From: Deltaproteobacteria bacterium
GTDB lineage: Bacteria; Desulfobacterota; JADFXK01
NCBI GenBank assembly: GCA_015233625.1
Contig: JADFXK010000003.1
Location: 1 to 45,331, forward strand
Reading direction: 5' to 3'
DNA: 45,331 nucleotides
Below are positions 16,101 to 25,636 of this stretch, in pieces. Within the stretch, counting starts at the first letter, position 1, and each line of letters starts with the position of its first letter. A program made the position numbers and the translations under genes. Below the pieces are notes generated by a model. It was not told the DNA's origin, did no database searches, and saw only the letters and a list, made by a program, of their open reading frames with translations.

Positions 16101-17921
16101 ATGGCCAGGATAAATCCAGAAAATATCTATTTGCTGCCCATCCTCCACGGTCGGATGGAATTTGCCGTGGAAGTGGCCAGGGTGTTCAAATCTTACCGGC
16201 CGCAGGCTGTGGCTGTGGAATTTCCGCCCACTATCCAGGCCCAGGTGATGGCCGGAGTGGCCCGGATGCCCCATCTATCAGTTATCCTCTATCCTGACGA
16301 GGGAGGCCACGTGTTTCTATTTTTGGAGCCCACCGATGGTCAGGTGGAGGCCCTGCGACTGGCCCTGGAACACCAGGTCCCCGTGACCTTTATGGATCGT
16401 GACACCCCCGGATATCCCCGGTACCAGGAAGCGCTACCCGATTCCTACGCCATAACCCGCATCGGCCACGAGGCCTACTGCCGGGCCTATGTGGAGCATG
16501 CCGGCTCAGGTCCGCGTGATCAGGCCGATCAACTCCGGGAAGCGGCCATGGCCTACCACCTCCAGGCCTTGTCTCAAAAGTATGACCGGGTCCTGGGCGT
16601 GCTCGGCTTGTACCATTATCCGGAAGTGACCCGGCTGCTCCAGCAACCTCAGGCCCAGCCATTGGGCCGACGCAAGCGGGAAGGGGTTACCTTAGCCAAT
16701 CTGAATGCCGAATCCAGCCGGGAAATCATGTCCGAGATTCCTTTTTTGGCCGCCGGCTACGAGGCCATGAGACGGGACATCGGGATATCCCCAGATGAGG
16801 CCGATCCGGACCGGCTGGTCCTGCAAGGAGAGTTGCTGAACCAGGCCCGGGAGCGCTATGCCCATAATTATAAGGAAAGAATCACCATCCCTCAACTGGC
16901 CGCTTTGAGACAGTTCGCCCGGAACTATGCCATCATCCAGGGCCAATTGACCCCGGACTTCTACCAGCACGTCATTGCCGCCAGAGGAGGGGCCGACGAT
17001 AATTTTTCGTATGAAGTGTGTGACCTGGGTTCCACCTATCCTTATCAAGACAAAGATTCCGCCCTGCCGGAAGTGACTCTCAGAGGCGAGGATTTATATC
17101 TTAATCAGAAGAAAATTCGGTTTCATCGCCGCATCAAGACCCTGCGGCGGCGGCTGGTTCCGGTGCCGGTCAAGCAGCGGCCGCGGGAAAAGACGCCGGG
17201 CGAATGGAAGAAAAATTTCAATCCCGATGCTATCTGCTCTTATCCGCCGGAGGACCTGGTTATCGAGGGGTATGGCGGATTCCTTAAGAAGAAGTCGCTG
17301 AAGATCCTGTCTGAAAAGAACTTTCGGGTGAGTCCTTTCAGCACCTCTTTGCACGACGGGATTGACGTCCGGGAGACGATTCGGAACTGGGCTCAAGGGA
17401 ACATCTACGTCAGGGAATATCTGCCGATTAAGGGTCGGGTGGGTTCGGTGGTGGTCATCTTTGACGAAGATTCAACCGAGTCGGGTCAGGAAAAATACCC
17501 CTGGTGCCTGACCTGGTTGGGGGAAAACAGCCAGGAATCGGATATGGCCTTTTATGCCACTCCGGCTGGCGAGCAAATGGTTGGTCCGGGCCTCTCGCTC
17601 TGCCATTACGGCGGTTTCATGCTGACCTACCCGCCCCTGCGGGTCTATGATATCTGGAGAGACCCTTTTTTCAATCCGGCCCGGTCCAAGCCGGAGAGGC
17701 TCTTGCTGGCCGCCATTGACTATTCTGAGGAAAATCATGTTCTCTACGTGGCCGCCAAACCGCCCCGTTCCTGGTGCCACAATGTGGCCAACCGGGTGGG
17801 AAAAAAAATCATCTACCTGCCCATCGGGCAACTCTCCCCGGTGATCCTAAAAAAGATCCGGACCTTTCATGTCCTGGCCGGCCATCATGTCCGAGGCTAC
17901 GCCAAGAATTATATTTGGTGA
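16101..17921 (+). CDS. Conserved hypothetical protein (606 aa), N-terminus TraB/DUF5682-like
   Basis: Long clean ORF with an SD. The N-terminal pattern (YLLPILHG...YRPQAVAVEFP...ALEHQVPVTFMDRD) resembles TraB/ChaN/DUF5682-type proteins from memory only. Confidence 0.55.
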   Translation: MARINPENIYLLPILHGRMEFAVEVARVFKSYRPQAVAVEFPPTIQAQVMAGVARMPHLSVILYPDEGGHVFLFLEPTDGQVEALRLALEHQVPVTFMDRDTPGYPRYQEALPDSYAITRIGHEAYCRAYVEHAGSGPRDQADQLREAAMAYHLQALSQKYDRVLGVLGLYHYPEVTRLLQQPQAQPLGRRKREGVTLANLNAESSREIMSEIPFLAAGYEAMRRDIGISPDEADPDRLVLQGELLNQARERYAHNYKERITIPQLAALRQFARNYAIIQGQLTPDFYQHVIAARGGADDNFSYEVCDLGSTYPYQDKDSALPEVTLRGEDLYLNQKKIRFHRRIKTLRRRLVPVPVKQRPREKTPGEWKKNFNPDAICSYPPEDLVIEGYGGFLKKKSLKILSEKNFRVSPFSTSLHDGIDVRETIRNWAQGNIYVREYLPIKGRVGSVVVIFDEDSTESGQEKYPWCLTWLGENSQESDMAFYATPAGEQMVGPGLSLCHYGGFMLTYPPLRVYDIWRDPFFNPARSKPERLLLAAIDYSEENHVLYVAAKPPRSWCHNVANRVGKKIIYLPIGQLSPVILKKIRTFHVLAGHHVRGYAKNYIW

Positions 17922-17929
17922 ATCTGGTT

Positions 17930-18838
17930 TTACGGCTGACCTAAAGTTGCCCGAAAGCCAATGTAGTCTTCCGGGTCGGTCGGGTTGTAGTTGAAGCGAA
18001 AGGAGCACCGCAGACTGCGGGAAGAGTTAATCCAGCAACTACCCCGCAAAACCCGGTTCGAGCCCGAATCAGGACCACGGGTATTTCCACTGGTCGCTCC
18101 AGTCTTCCCATACCAACCACTATCGTACCAGTCCCACACCCACCCCCAAACGTTCCCACCCAGATCATAAAGGCCATAGCCATTGGCGACGTAGTTCCCC
18201 ACGGGGGTAGTACCCCCTTTGTTACAGTCGTCATAATTAGTCTTCCCGCAGTCAATATGGTCTTTGTAGTTTCCGCCTTTGCCGGGCCAGGGGTAATGAT
18301 GCCCGTCAAGACCGCCCCGGGCGGCCTTCTCCCACTCCGCTTCCGTCGGCAGCCGATATCCGTTGGATGTCCACTTGACCATATCTTTGGTCAAATCCAT
18401 CTTTCCCTTCCGATAAACCGTTGCATTAGGTACGTCCATATAATAAGCCGGCGTCCGACCTTCCTTCTCCGACCTGGCGTTAAGCCATTTAACCACATCA
18501 TACCAGCTCACCGTTTGAACCGGATGATCATTAGCTATGGACTCTCCGGTATTATCGAAGTCATACCTGTGCGCCTCGGCCCAATCATAAACATCCTTCC
18601 ACTGCTTTCCGGTGACCAGGTACTTCTCTATATAGAAGGCGCTGATGTAGATTTTATGCGCCGGCAACTCATCATTAAGCCCCTCCTTATACGGGTCGCC
18701 CATATTGAACTCACCGGCCGGGATTAAGACCATATTACCGGTCGGAGGACTAGCGGCAGCCCAGGCCGCCATTACCAGCCACAGTCCCGCAACCAGACAG
18801 GTTATCATGGCCAGACTATTGGTCATCATCGATTTCAT
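17930..18838 (-). CDS. Secreted formylglycine-generating-enzyme (SUMF1/FGE-sulfatase) domain protein
   Basis: Signal/TM N-terminus. FGE-domain motifs GYRLPTEAEWEKAARGG, GNVWGWVWDW and RVLRGSCW. Confidence 0.85.
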   Translation of the reverse strand: MKSMMTNSLAMITCLVAGLWLVMAAWAAASPPTGNMVLIPAGEFNMGDPYKEGLNDELPAHKIYISAFYIEKYLVTGKQWKDVYDWAEAHRYDFDNTGESIANDHPVQTVSWYDVVKWLNARSEKEGRTPAYYMDVPNATVYRKGKMDLTKDMVKWTSNGYRLPTEAEWEKAARGGLDGHHYPWPGKGGNYKDHIDCGKTNYDDCNKGGTTPVGNYVANGYGLYDLGGNVWGWVWDWYDSGWYGKTGATSGNTRGPDSGSNRVLRGSCWINSSRSLRCSFRFNYNPTDPEDYIGFRATLGQP

Positions 18839-19150
18839 CAGAACGCTCCAGAAGAGGTAAAAGCTTAATGGTGCTTCAGTCGACTGAATGATAAACCGTC
18901 AGGCGGTTTTATTCAAATTAATTCGTAAACCCTGGGGATTTTACCTGGCGTTATCTGCCCATCCCCCTATCTCATGGGAAATTATCCCCACAAATTAGGG
19001 GCTATCCCTATTTACAAAGGACTCAAGAGCAGTTAGGATAGGAGCTTCTTCTGAAGATTGGGGAAATGACTCACCGGGTGCATTTTTTCAGGCTCGGCCG
19101 ACAAGTAAACCGAAGGGGTAGGGTGCGGTCAGCACGGAAAGGAGAATAGC

Positions 19151-19723
19151 ATGTTTCAGATCACGTGGATCACTTCATTTGAGGAGGGCCTGGTCAAGGC
19201 CGCCGCCGACGATAAGTTGGCGTTTGTGGATTTTTTCAACCCCAATTGAATCGGCTGCCAACAAATGGACGCGGTCGCGTACCCAGAATCGGCGGTCATC
19301 GGGTTCATCAATAATAACCTTATTCCCATAAGAATTCCGTCCGACCACCCCACCCTCGGCCCCAAATACCACATCAAATGGACTCCTTCCCTGCTTATAA
19401 CGGACTCTGGAGGCATGGAGCATTCCCGCACCTTGGGATTCTTTTCGCCTCAAGAGTTGATTCCGTCTCTGCTGTTGGGGATGGGCAAGGCTTATTTCAA
19501 TCAGCCGGACCGACCCCGGGCAACCGCCTGCTTCGAACGGATTATCGCGGAATTTCCTACAAGTTTCCCGGTCCCTGAGGCCATCTATCTGATCGGAGTG
19601 TCCCGCTATATTCAGACCCACGACGTGGCCAATCTGATCGGCATCTATGACCGGCTGACGGCGGAACACCCCAACAGTCAGTGGGCTATGCGGGCTGATC
19701 CCTACCGGCTGTTGAAAAAATGA
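19151..19723 (+). CDS. Thioredoxin-fold protein, candidate selenoprotein (in-frame TGA at 19247-19249 in a U-I-G-C motif)
   Basis: An ATG at 19151 with GGAG 6 nt upstream opens a frame reading MFQITWITSFEEGLVKAAADDKLAFVDFFNPN-TGA-IGCQQMDAV..., continuous with the tracked ORF at 19265-19723. The TGA sits where the first Cys of a thioredoxin CxxC would be. A cis-Pro-like WTPS lies downstream. A hairpin with a GGUC loop lies 22-34 nt after the TGA. Confidence 0.6.
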
Positions 19724-19735
19724 GATGACAGGGTA

Positions 19736-19783
19736 GCGGGTTATTCGTGGCTGGTTCTTGCTAGCCTGCAACGAATAACCCGC
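19736..19783 (+). terminator. Perfect 13-bp-stem hairpin just after the thioredoxin-fold gene
   Basis: GCGGGTTATTCGT (19736-19748) pairs with ACGAATAACCCGC (19771-19783) across a 22-nt loop that has its own GGCT/AGCC sub-stem. There is no T-tract. Confidence 0.4.
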
Positions 19784-20067
19784 AGCCCAACGGATTGTAG
19801 AGTAAAGTGGGTGACCACCTCCCGCAGTTCCGATCAGGCCAACCCGGACGTAAAATTTTGGAGCCTGGCCATCCGGTTCTTCCATCCTTTTAAGAATACG
19901 ACCAGGCTAGGTCTCCTTGGGACCAGTCTTTCCTAAAAGCCTTCCCTGGCTTCGAGATACCCGGCCAACACTTCACCAGTTCGGTCTTCCAACTTCCATT
20001 CCGCAGCCCAGGTTATAGATAATCGACAATTTTTCTCCGGCGTTCCGGCTGAGGCCATCATCAGATC

Positions 20068-20240
20068 TCAGCCGCAGTTGCCGTCGTTTAACTGCCCACA
20101 ATCGAGTAGTTGGCCAAGTAACGACTCAAGGTCTTTCCCATCGTAAAACTGGTTGATGTGATAGAGCGGATGCCGGCCCGAAAGGGCATCGAGGACCATG
20201 GTCAGAAGGACAAATTCTTTATCTGCAACGCGAGAGAACA
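20068..20240 (-). pseudogene. Remnant of an IS-transposase N-terminus (DUF4277-like, IS1634/IS4-type)
   Basis: The minus-strand translation ...EFVLLTMVLDALSGRHPLYHINQFYDGKDLESLLGQLLDCGQLNDGNCG* resembles the conserved ...NGLGFVSRPLY..FF..K..E.LLG N-terminus of these transposases (from memory). Only ~55 codons are present. Confidence 0.35.
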
Positions 20241-20368
20241 CGTTTTAGGCCGCGTGTAACAACCGCCCTTTCGACGCAGCCAACTGGCGGAAACAATATG
20301 CTAGGTGATCGCGTATCTTTGAGCTAATGGTGCGACCAAGACAACCCATAAAATAAGGAGAACAACTG

Positions 20369-20848
20369 ATGAGAGCATTTAGACTGGTAGTCTTCTTTTT
20401 GGCTGTTTCTTTGACGGTAGGTCACTTTATCCCGGTCGAGTGTTCGGCCCTTGAATATTGCTGGAACCTTACTTACCCTGGAACGACCGCTCCTCCCGAC
20501 ACAATAAGGGTCGGGGTGCTCGATATTGGCGGCGGTCATTATCTTCTGTCCGGCTCGGGAAAGGAGCATCGTGATTTTCCGCCCTATGCATATACAACCT
20601 ATGCGGTGATTGGCGGGGCTGAGCTGATCGATAAACTTCTCAACGTGACCATCGTTATGTCCAGTCGGTCGGACCAGGCCGTTCTGCCGGGAGGGACTAG
20701 TGCAATGTTCACCCAACGCATCCACATGCGGTTGGATCCTACTACCTTAAGCGGAGACTACGCCAGGATACTGGATCATTCCAACGGGTCTGTACAGCTA
20801 AAAGGCAGTTTCCTGAATGGGACAGTCACCTCGGTATCCTGTAACTAA
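20369..20848 (+). CDS. Secreted hypothetical protein (159 aa)
   Basis: SD AAGGAG upstream. Signal-peptide-like MRAFRLVVFFLAVSLTVG. No family recognised. Confidence 0.5.
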   Translation: MRAFRLVVFFLAVSLTVGHFIPVECSALEYCWNLTYPGTTAPPDTIRVGVLDIGGGHYLLSGSGKEHRDFPPYAYTTYAVIGGAELIDKLLNVTIVMSSRSDQAVLPGGTSAMFTQRIHMRLDPTTLSGDYARILDHSNGSVQLKGSFLNGTVTSVSCN

Positions 20849-20914
20849 GCCTAAGGTGTGAGGCGCTCCCTATTCTTAACCTGAGTTTGACGAGTCTGGT
20901 TAATTGGCCGACAT

Positions 20915-20950
20915 AAATGTATCCGTAGATTTCGCAGATGAACGCAGATA
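20915..20950 (+). repeat. Solo half-copy of the CGCAGAT-type repeat (family B)
   Basis: aaatgtATCCGTAGATTTCGCAGATGAACGCAGATA shares the aaatgtatccg lead-in and the unit structure with 29551-29586. Confidence 0.7.
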
Positions 20951-21110
20951 AAGGAGAGCTACAGATCAGAAGTCAAACAATAACAAATGCCCGGAAAAGG
21001 TCAATCGGGAAGAATCTGATTTTGGCGCTCGAAAAACTAGGTCTTTTGTTACGAGAAACCTTAATGGCAGGTCAGGGGGGGAAGGTCACTTGCTAATGCG
21101 CAGCCGCGGA

Positions 21111-24100
21111 TTAGCTACCTGGTCCCAATTCAGTCAGTCTTTCCCTGGCATATTTGGCCCAGCGACCGGGATAGTGATCAATGATGCGCTGGAAGTAAAC
21201 CTTAGCCCCCGGTTTATCTCCTCTTTGCGCGGCGCACAGGCCGAGGTGATAGATGGCTTCCGGGGTCCAGGGCCCGGCCGGGTCTTGCCGCATTAATTGT
21301 TCGAAGATGGCCGCGGCCGCGGCCCAATCGGCCGCTTTGAACAGGCTGGCCGCCTGGAAGTACCTGGCGTTGGCCCCCTCCGGACGACCATGGTAACTAT
21401 CGGCCAGTTGCTGGAACATGCGTCCCGCTTCTCCATACTTTCCCTGGTCAAACAAGCCCATGGCCAGGTTATAGTCGGCCCTGGTCCCATCCCCCTCATC
21501 AAGCCGCCGTTGGGCTTCACCCGCCCAGGTAGATCGGCTAAAATCCTTGATAATCAACCGATAAGCCGCCTTGGCCCGGTCTTTGTCCTTCAGCCGATCA
21601 TAACAGGCAGCCAGATGATAGAGAATTTCGGGATACAGGTTGCTCTCAGGATAACCGGCTAAAAATTTAGAGAATATTTCCGCGGCCTGGGTCCAGTTTT
21701 GGCGGTTGTAATAGCACAAGCCATAATGAAAAGCCGTCTGGTCGATAATGGGCGAGTAGGGAAACATGTCCATGCCTTTTTTGAATATCTCGGCGGCCGC
21801 GGCATAGTCCGGGATCTTATATTTGGCCTGGCCCTCATTATAGACGATGGTGGCATCTAAGTGATGGATTCTGATAATAATGATCGTCAGACCGAGGGTC
21901 AGCACCAGCCCCGTGACCACCAACACCCGGCGGCCGTGTCGCCCAAACCAGCCGGTCATCCCTGGGAACAATCGAGGGACCAGCCCCTCCAAAGTCGGGA
22001 GATGCAGTCCGGCCAGGCGCCTGGTCACCGGAAGCGTATAAGCCACCAGCCACATCAGGCCCAAGATGGTCAATACGGCACCCAGTTTATTCGGCCAGGT
22101 CGAGCCATAATAAAGCGTGACGTGCTCGGCCGTGGGGTAAATGATCATGAGCGACGGCGAGGCCGGATAGACCCGGTCCGCCCCGATGACCTGCCAGTTA
22201 GGGTGATAGGATATCTTGATCAATAAAGGATGCCCCACCTGGTTCGTGGTGATATCCACCCGCTCCCTGGTCACCCGTTCGGTGACTTTAACCGGCTCAG
22301 CCAGGGGGATACGAGGCAGGTCGGCGATGTTATTGTCGCTTCGGATGGTCGGGAACCGGATGTCATCACCTGGGTCCTGCCGCGGCTGGAACACCACCGG
22401 GACCTCCAAATCTCCCATCCGGAACCACTGGAAGGCCGTCTTTTTCCAGTCCTGGGTGATCATCAAGACCGGCTGAAATTTCACCGGGGTGACATAGTGG
22501 CCATCGTTTCCTTTCACCTTATAGATTTCATAGTCGCCGAATTTCTTCTCAAATTCCAGGTCTGGATGGACCCGGGCCGCCGCCTTGGTTTCTTTTTCCG
22601 CAACAATATACCGGCTGACGTTAAACAGTCGCAGGTGTTTTATGCCTTTATCCAAATTGAATCGGGAATAATTATAATCGGGCAGAGGGGCAGAGGTGAC
22701 TTTGGACACCTCGGATTGGATGTAAAAGGCAAAAGGTGACGAAATGGTCGACTGCATATACAGCCCCTCCAGGGTCGACCGCCCCGAAAACAAGGGTAAT
22801 GATTCAAAGGCCCGGGTGGTCCCGGCCTTATTATGGATGTCAGAGTGTTCGTAGACCACCCTGGGGTCGGCCTCGGTCCCTTTCAGGTATTCGTTGACCG
22901 CCTTGAAGGCCGGCCAGGCGGGCGTTTTCTCGAACCCCTGGTAATTCCACTTGATCCAGCCAGGAATGAAGTTGTCCATCCGGCCTAATCCCAAGACCAC
23001 GACGAGAAAGACGACCAGGGGTAAGATCCAGGTGGCCTTAAGCCTGGAAATCAGGGCAGCCAGGCCCAGGGCGCCGATCAGGCATATCGCCGTCTGCCCA
23101 AAGGGAATGAAGCGAATATCGACCACATTGATGCGGTAGGCGATGAAGTAAAACACCGTGGCTGCAATTAGAATGAATACAAGAAATATAAGGCGGTCAA
23201 GATCAGCCCGAAGACTTGTCCGGTCTGCTCCTGGCCAGAGATTGCGGAGCGCGGTTAATCCGGCGCCCAGCGCCCCGAGAATAGCCGCCGGCCACAGGAT
23301 GGGCGGGACCACTTGCCGGAACGTGTCAATGATCCACACATAATTATACCTGGTGGTGTAGGGGATGAAGACCTGCAGCGGGACTATCCAAAAACCCATC
23401 AGGAAAAAGGCCAGGGTGCCGACCTTTAGCAGGTAGGCCAGCCGATGCCACCAGAGGTGAGTGGTAAACAGAAAAAAGGAAGAAACGATAACTGCAAAAA
23501 CCAGGGTGTACCCGTGACTGAATCCGGTCAGGGCCAGGATGACCCCGCAGGTCCCCACGCCGCGCCGGGTATCGATGGACCCGTACAGATATCCAAAATA
23601 AAGGATCATCAGAGACAACCCGATGCCGTAAGCAAATTCGCCGGCCAAGGTGCTGGGGATGTTGCCACCCCACATGGAATTGTCCTGCATGAACAGAAAA
23701 GGCAAGGTCAAGATGGCCGCGAAAATGGGGCCGGGAAAGGGAGCGCCCATTTTCCGGAGTCCCGCGTAGGCGCAAATCGGTAATGACATGATTCCGGCGA
23801 TACTGATCAACTTAAATGATATAGTCAAAGGAATAACATAGGCCAAAACAGCCATCAAGACGAAGGGCAGGGGGAAATAGAATTGAAAGAAAGGGTAGCC
23901 GGCGTAATTGCCGGGACACCAGCCGGTGATTCGGCCCAGAGGCAGAAGTTTATCCTTTAGAAATTTGGCTGTGTAGAAGTGGGAACCGGTGTCGCCGCCG
24001 GTGGTGATGGTCCTGGAGAAAAGATAGTGCGGCTCAAAAAAACTGAGCAGGAAGACCCAGATCAAAACCAAAATCAAGGCATCGATCAGCAGTTCCCGGT

Positions 24101-24167
24101 TTTGGGCTAACCAGTCCGGTCCCGCGTGGCCAAATTTTTCAGATATTGCTTTGTCCATAGGTGGCAT
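21111..24167 (-). CDS. Large polytopic membrane protein (GT-C/YfhO-like fold suspected) with a C-terminal TPR domain
   Basis: 1018 aa. The N-terminal ~400 aa contains many hydrophobic helices, followed by a soluble middle region, two more TM segments and a TPR-like tail (repeats of A..Y..G.CY....W..A...F). Confidence 0.75.
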   Translation of the reverse strand: MPPMDKAISEKFGHAGPDWLAQNRELLIDALILVLIWVFLLSFFEPHYLFSRTITTGGDTGSHFYTAKFLKDKLLPLGRITGWCPGNYAGYPFFQFYFPLPFVLMAVLAYVIPLTISFKLISIAGIMSLPICAYAGLRKMGAPFPGPIFAAILTLPFLFMQDNSMWGGNIPSTLAGEFAYGIGLSLMILYFGYLYGSIDTRRGVGTCGVILALTGFSHGYTLVFAVIVSSFFLFTTHLWWHRLAYLLKVGTLAFFLMGFWIVPLQVFIPYTTRYNYVWIIDTFRQVVPPILWPAAILGALGAGLTALRNLWPGADRTSLRADLDRLIFLVFILIAATVFYFIAYRINVVDIRFIPFGQTAICLIGALGLAALISRLKATWILPLVVFLVVVLGLGRMDNFIPGWIKWNYQGFEKTPAWPAFKAVNEYLKGTEADPRVVYEHSDIHNKAGTTRAFESLPLFSGRSTLEGLYMQSTISSPFAFYIQSEVSKVTSAPLPDYNYSRFNLDKGIKHLRLFNVSRYIVAEKETKAAARVHPDLEFEKKFGDYEIYKVKGNDGHYVTPVKFQPVLMITQDWKKTAFQWFRMGDLEVPVVFQPRQDPGDDIRFPTIRSDNNIADLPRIPLAEPVKVTERVTRERVDITTNQVGHPLLIKISYHPNWQVIGADRVYPASPSLMIIYPTAEHVTLYYGSTWPNKLGAVLTILGLMWLVAYTLPVTRRLAGLHLPTLEGLVPRLFPGMTGWFGRHGRRVLVVTGLVLTLGLTIIIIRIHHLDATIVYNEGQAKYKIPDYAAAAEIFKKGMDMFPYSPIIDQTAFHYGLCYYNRQNWTQAAEIFSKFLAGYPESNLYPEILYHLAACYDRLKDKDRAKAAYRLIIKDFSRSTWAGEAQRRLDEGDGTRADYNLAMGLFDQGKYGEAGRMFQQLADSYHGRPEGANARYFQAASLFKAADWAAAAAIFEQLMRQDPAGPWTPEAIYHLGLCAAQRGDKPGAKVYFQRIIDHYPGRWAKYARERLTELGPGS

Positions 24168-24215
24168 AGATAGAAAGGATAACCGTGAGGGGAAAAGAGG
24201 TATTAGTTTATGAGA

Positions 24216-25490
24216 TCATTGGGTGATTAAAGGGACGGTGAGGCTCCCGTTGCGCAGGATGTGAATCTTGGCCTCCGGCCCCTTCAAGCTGATAGCCCGG
24301 TCCACTGCGGCCTGGACCGAAGGCATGGGCACAATGGACATCCTTCGCAGCCATGCCGGCTGCAAGTTGGTCACGGCGAAAATGAGGCCCTGCTCAAGAA
24401 ACTGCATGTTCCGAATAAACCGATGAAATCCCAATTGGTATGGCCTGGCGGACAATTCTTCTAGGGAATGAATCTGGGCGGCATCATTAATCATATCCTG
24501 AAAGCCCTGATCCCCCACCCCCTTGGGGCACGGCATAACCAGAATCACGATACCGTCTCGTTTAACCGCCATCTTACCGTGTTCTATCGGTTTTTGAGAC
24601 TGGTAAAGCGTTTTGTGGAGAGGATCCCGGGCTACCGAGATGACAATATCTGCCGGATGTCCCACCGGGACTACGTAAATATCCCGGGCCACGGTCACGG
24701 CTTGGTCAAAAGTGCTGGCCACGTCACCGCAAAAGGCCGCCGCGACTCTGTCTTTTCCGTCTGAGACGGTCATCAAGCCCAGCATCTCATCCTTGGGCGG
24801 AATTAAGGTGACCGCCTCCTGGATATCGGCATACACCGGATTTCCAGTCAACTTTGTCGGGGCCGCGTCAAGCGACATGGCCAACTCATGGTTTAAGCGG
24901 ATCGTCTCGAACGAGGCCAGGCCCGGCACGATGCCCTTGAAGCCGCCCGTAAACCCGGCAAAATAATGAGGTTCCACCGAACCGATAATCAATACCCGCC
25001 GGGCGTTTAAGAATCTCCGGTTGATGGACACCGGTGTCCCGGCCGAGGTTTGACCAATCTTGCCCATGGTTGTGTCATCCCGGCTCTGGTGGGCCTGGAC
25101 GCGATTCCGCAGGACCGGATAAAGGGGCCCCAGGAGCTTCTGATATTCTTCTTCAGTCGGGGGACCATGGGTTCCGGTGGCCACCAGCAGATCAAATCCA
25201 GCCAGGGGAAAGGCCCGACGCAGGGCAGTTAAAACTTCGGCGGTCGGGGTGGGGCGGGTGGCATCATTAATGACCACCAAGGCCGGTTCCGGGCCGGCGA
25301 AGAGGGAAGACAGAAGCGGTTCTGCCTGCCTGATAGCCTGGTTCAGGTGGTCCCTTTGCCCGGAAGAGCCGACCTCTTGGGGGCTGACATCCACCCCCAG
25401 ATGGCGTTCCTCTATCATCAGGGATCGGTAACCGGGGTCATAGGGAATTTCAAGGGATAGCATGGTCATGGCCGGGTCTTCCGGTAACAT
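24216..25490 (-). CDS. larA: LarA-family (nickel-pincer-dependent lactate racemase-like, DUF2088) protein
   Basis: VVINDATRPTP, LVATGTHGP and GSVEPHYFAGFTGGFKGIVPG are characteristic of the LarA family. Confidence 0.8.
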   Translation of the reverse strand: MLPEDPAMTMLSLEIPYDPGYRSLMIEERHLGVDVSPQEVGSSGQRDHLNQAIRQAEPLLSSLFAGPEPALVVINDATRPTPTAEVLTALRRAFPLAGFDLLVATGTHGPPTEEEYQKLLGPLYPVLRNRVQAHQSRDDTTMGKIGQTSAGTPVSINRRFLNARRVLIIGSVEPHYFAGFTGGFKGIVPGLASFETIRLNHELAMSLDAAPTKLTGNPVYADIQEAVTLIPPKDEMLGLMTVSDGKDRVAAAFCGDVASTFDQAVTVARDIYVVPVGHPADIVISVARDPLHKTLYQSQKPIEHGKMAVKRDGIVILVMPCPKGVGDQGFQDMINDAAQIHSLEELSARPYQLGFHRFIRNMQFLEQGLIFAVTNLQPAWLRRMSIVPMPSVQAAVDRAISLKGPEAKIHILRNGSLTVPLITQ

Positions 25491-25636
25491 TTCCGGGCGT
25501 TGAGTTTATTCCCGATACTCATATTATTCCCTGGATCGAACCCCGCCACCCGTACTCCGCACCTTTAAGCGATTCGCTCGATAACCCACCCTAAAGTCAA
25601 TAATATTAATCAGCAACCCGCAACCACAAAGGCGCC

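Noticed and set aside
19175-19885. The 236-aa minus-strand ORF overlapping the thioredoxin-fold gene.
   Set aside because: It is antisense to a gene with clear fold motifs, is Arg/Gly/Pro-rich, and has no recognisable domain or RBS.
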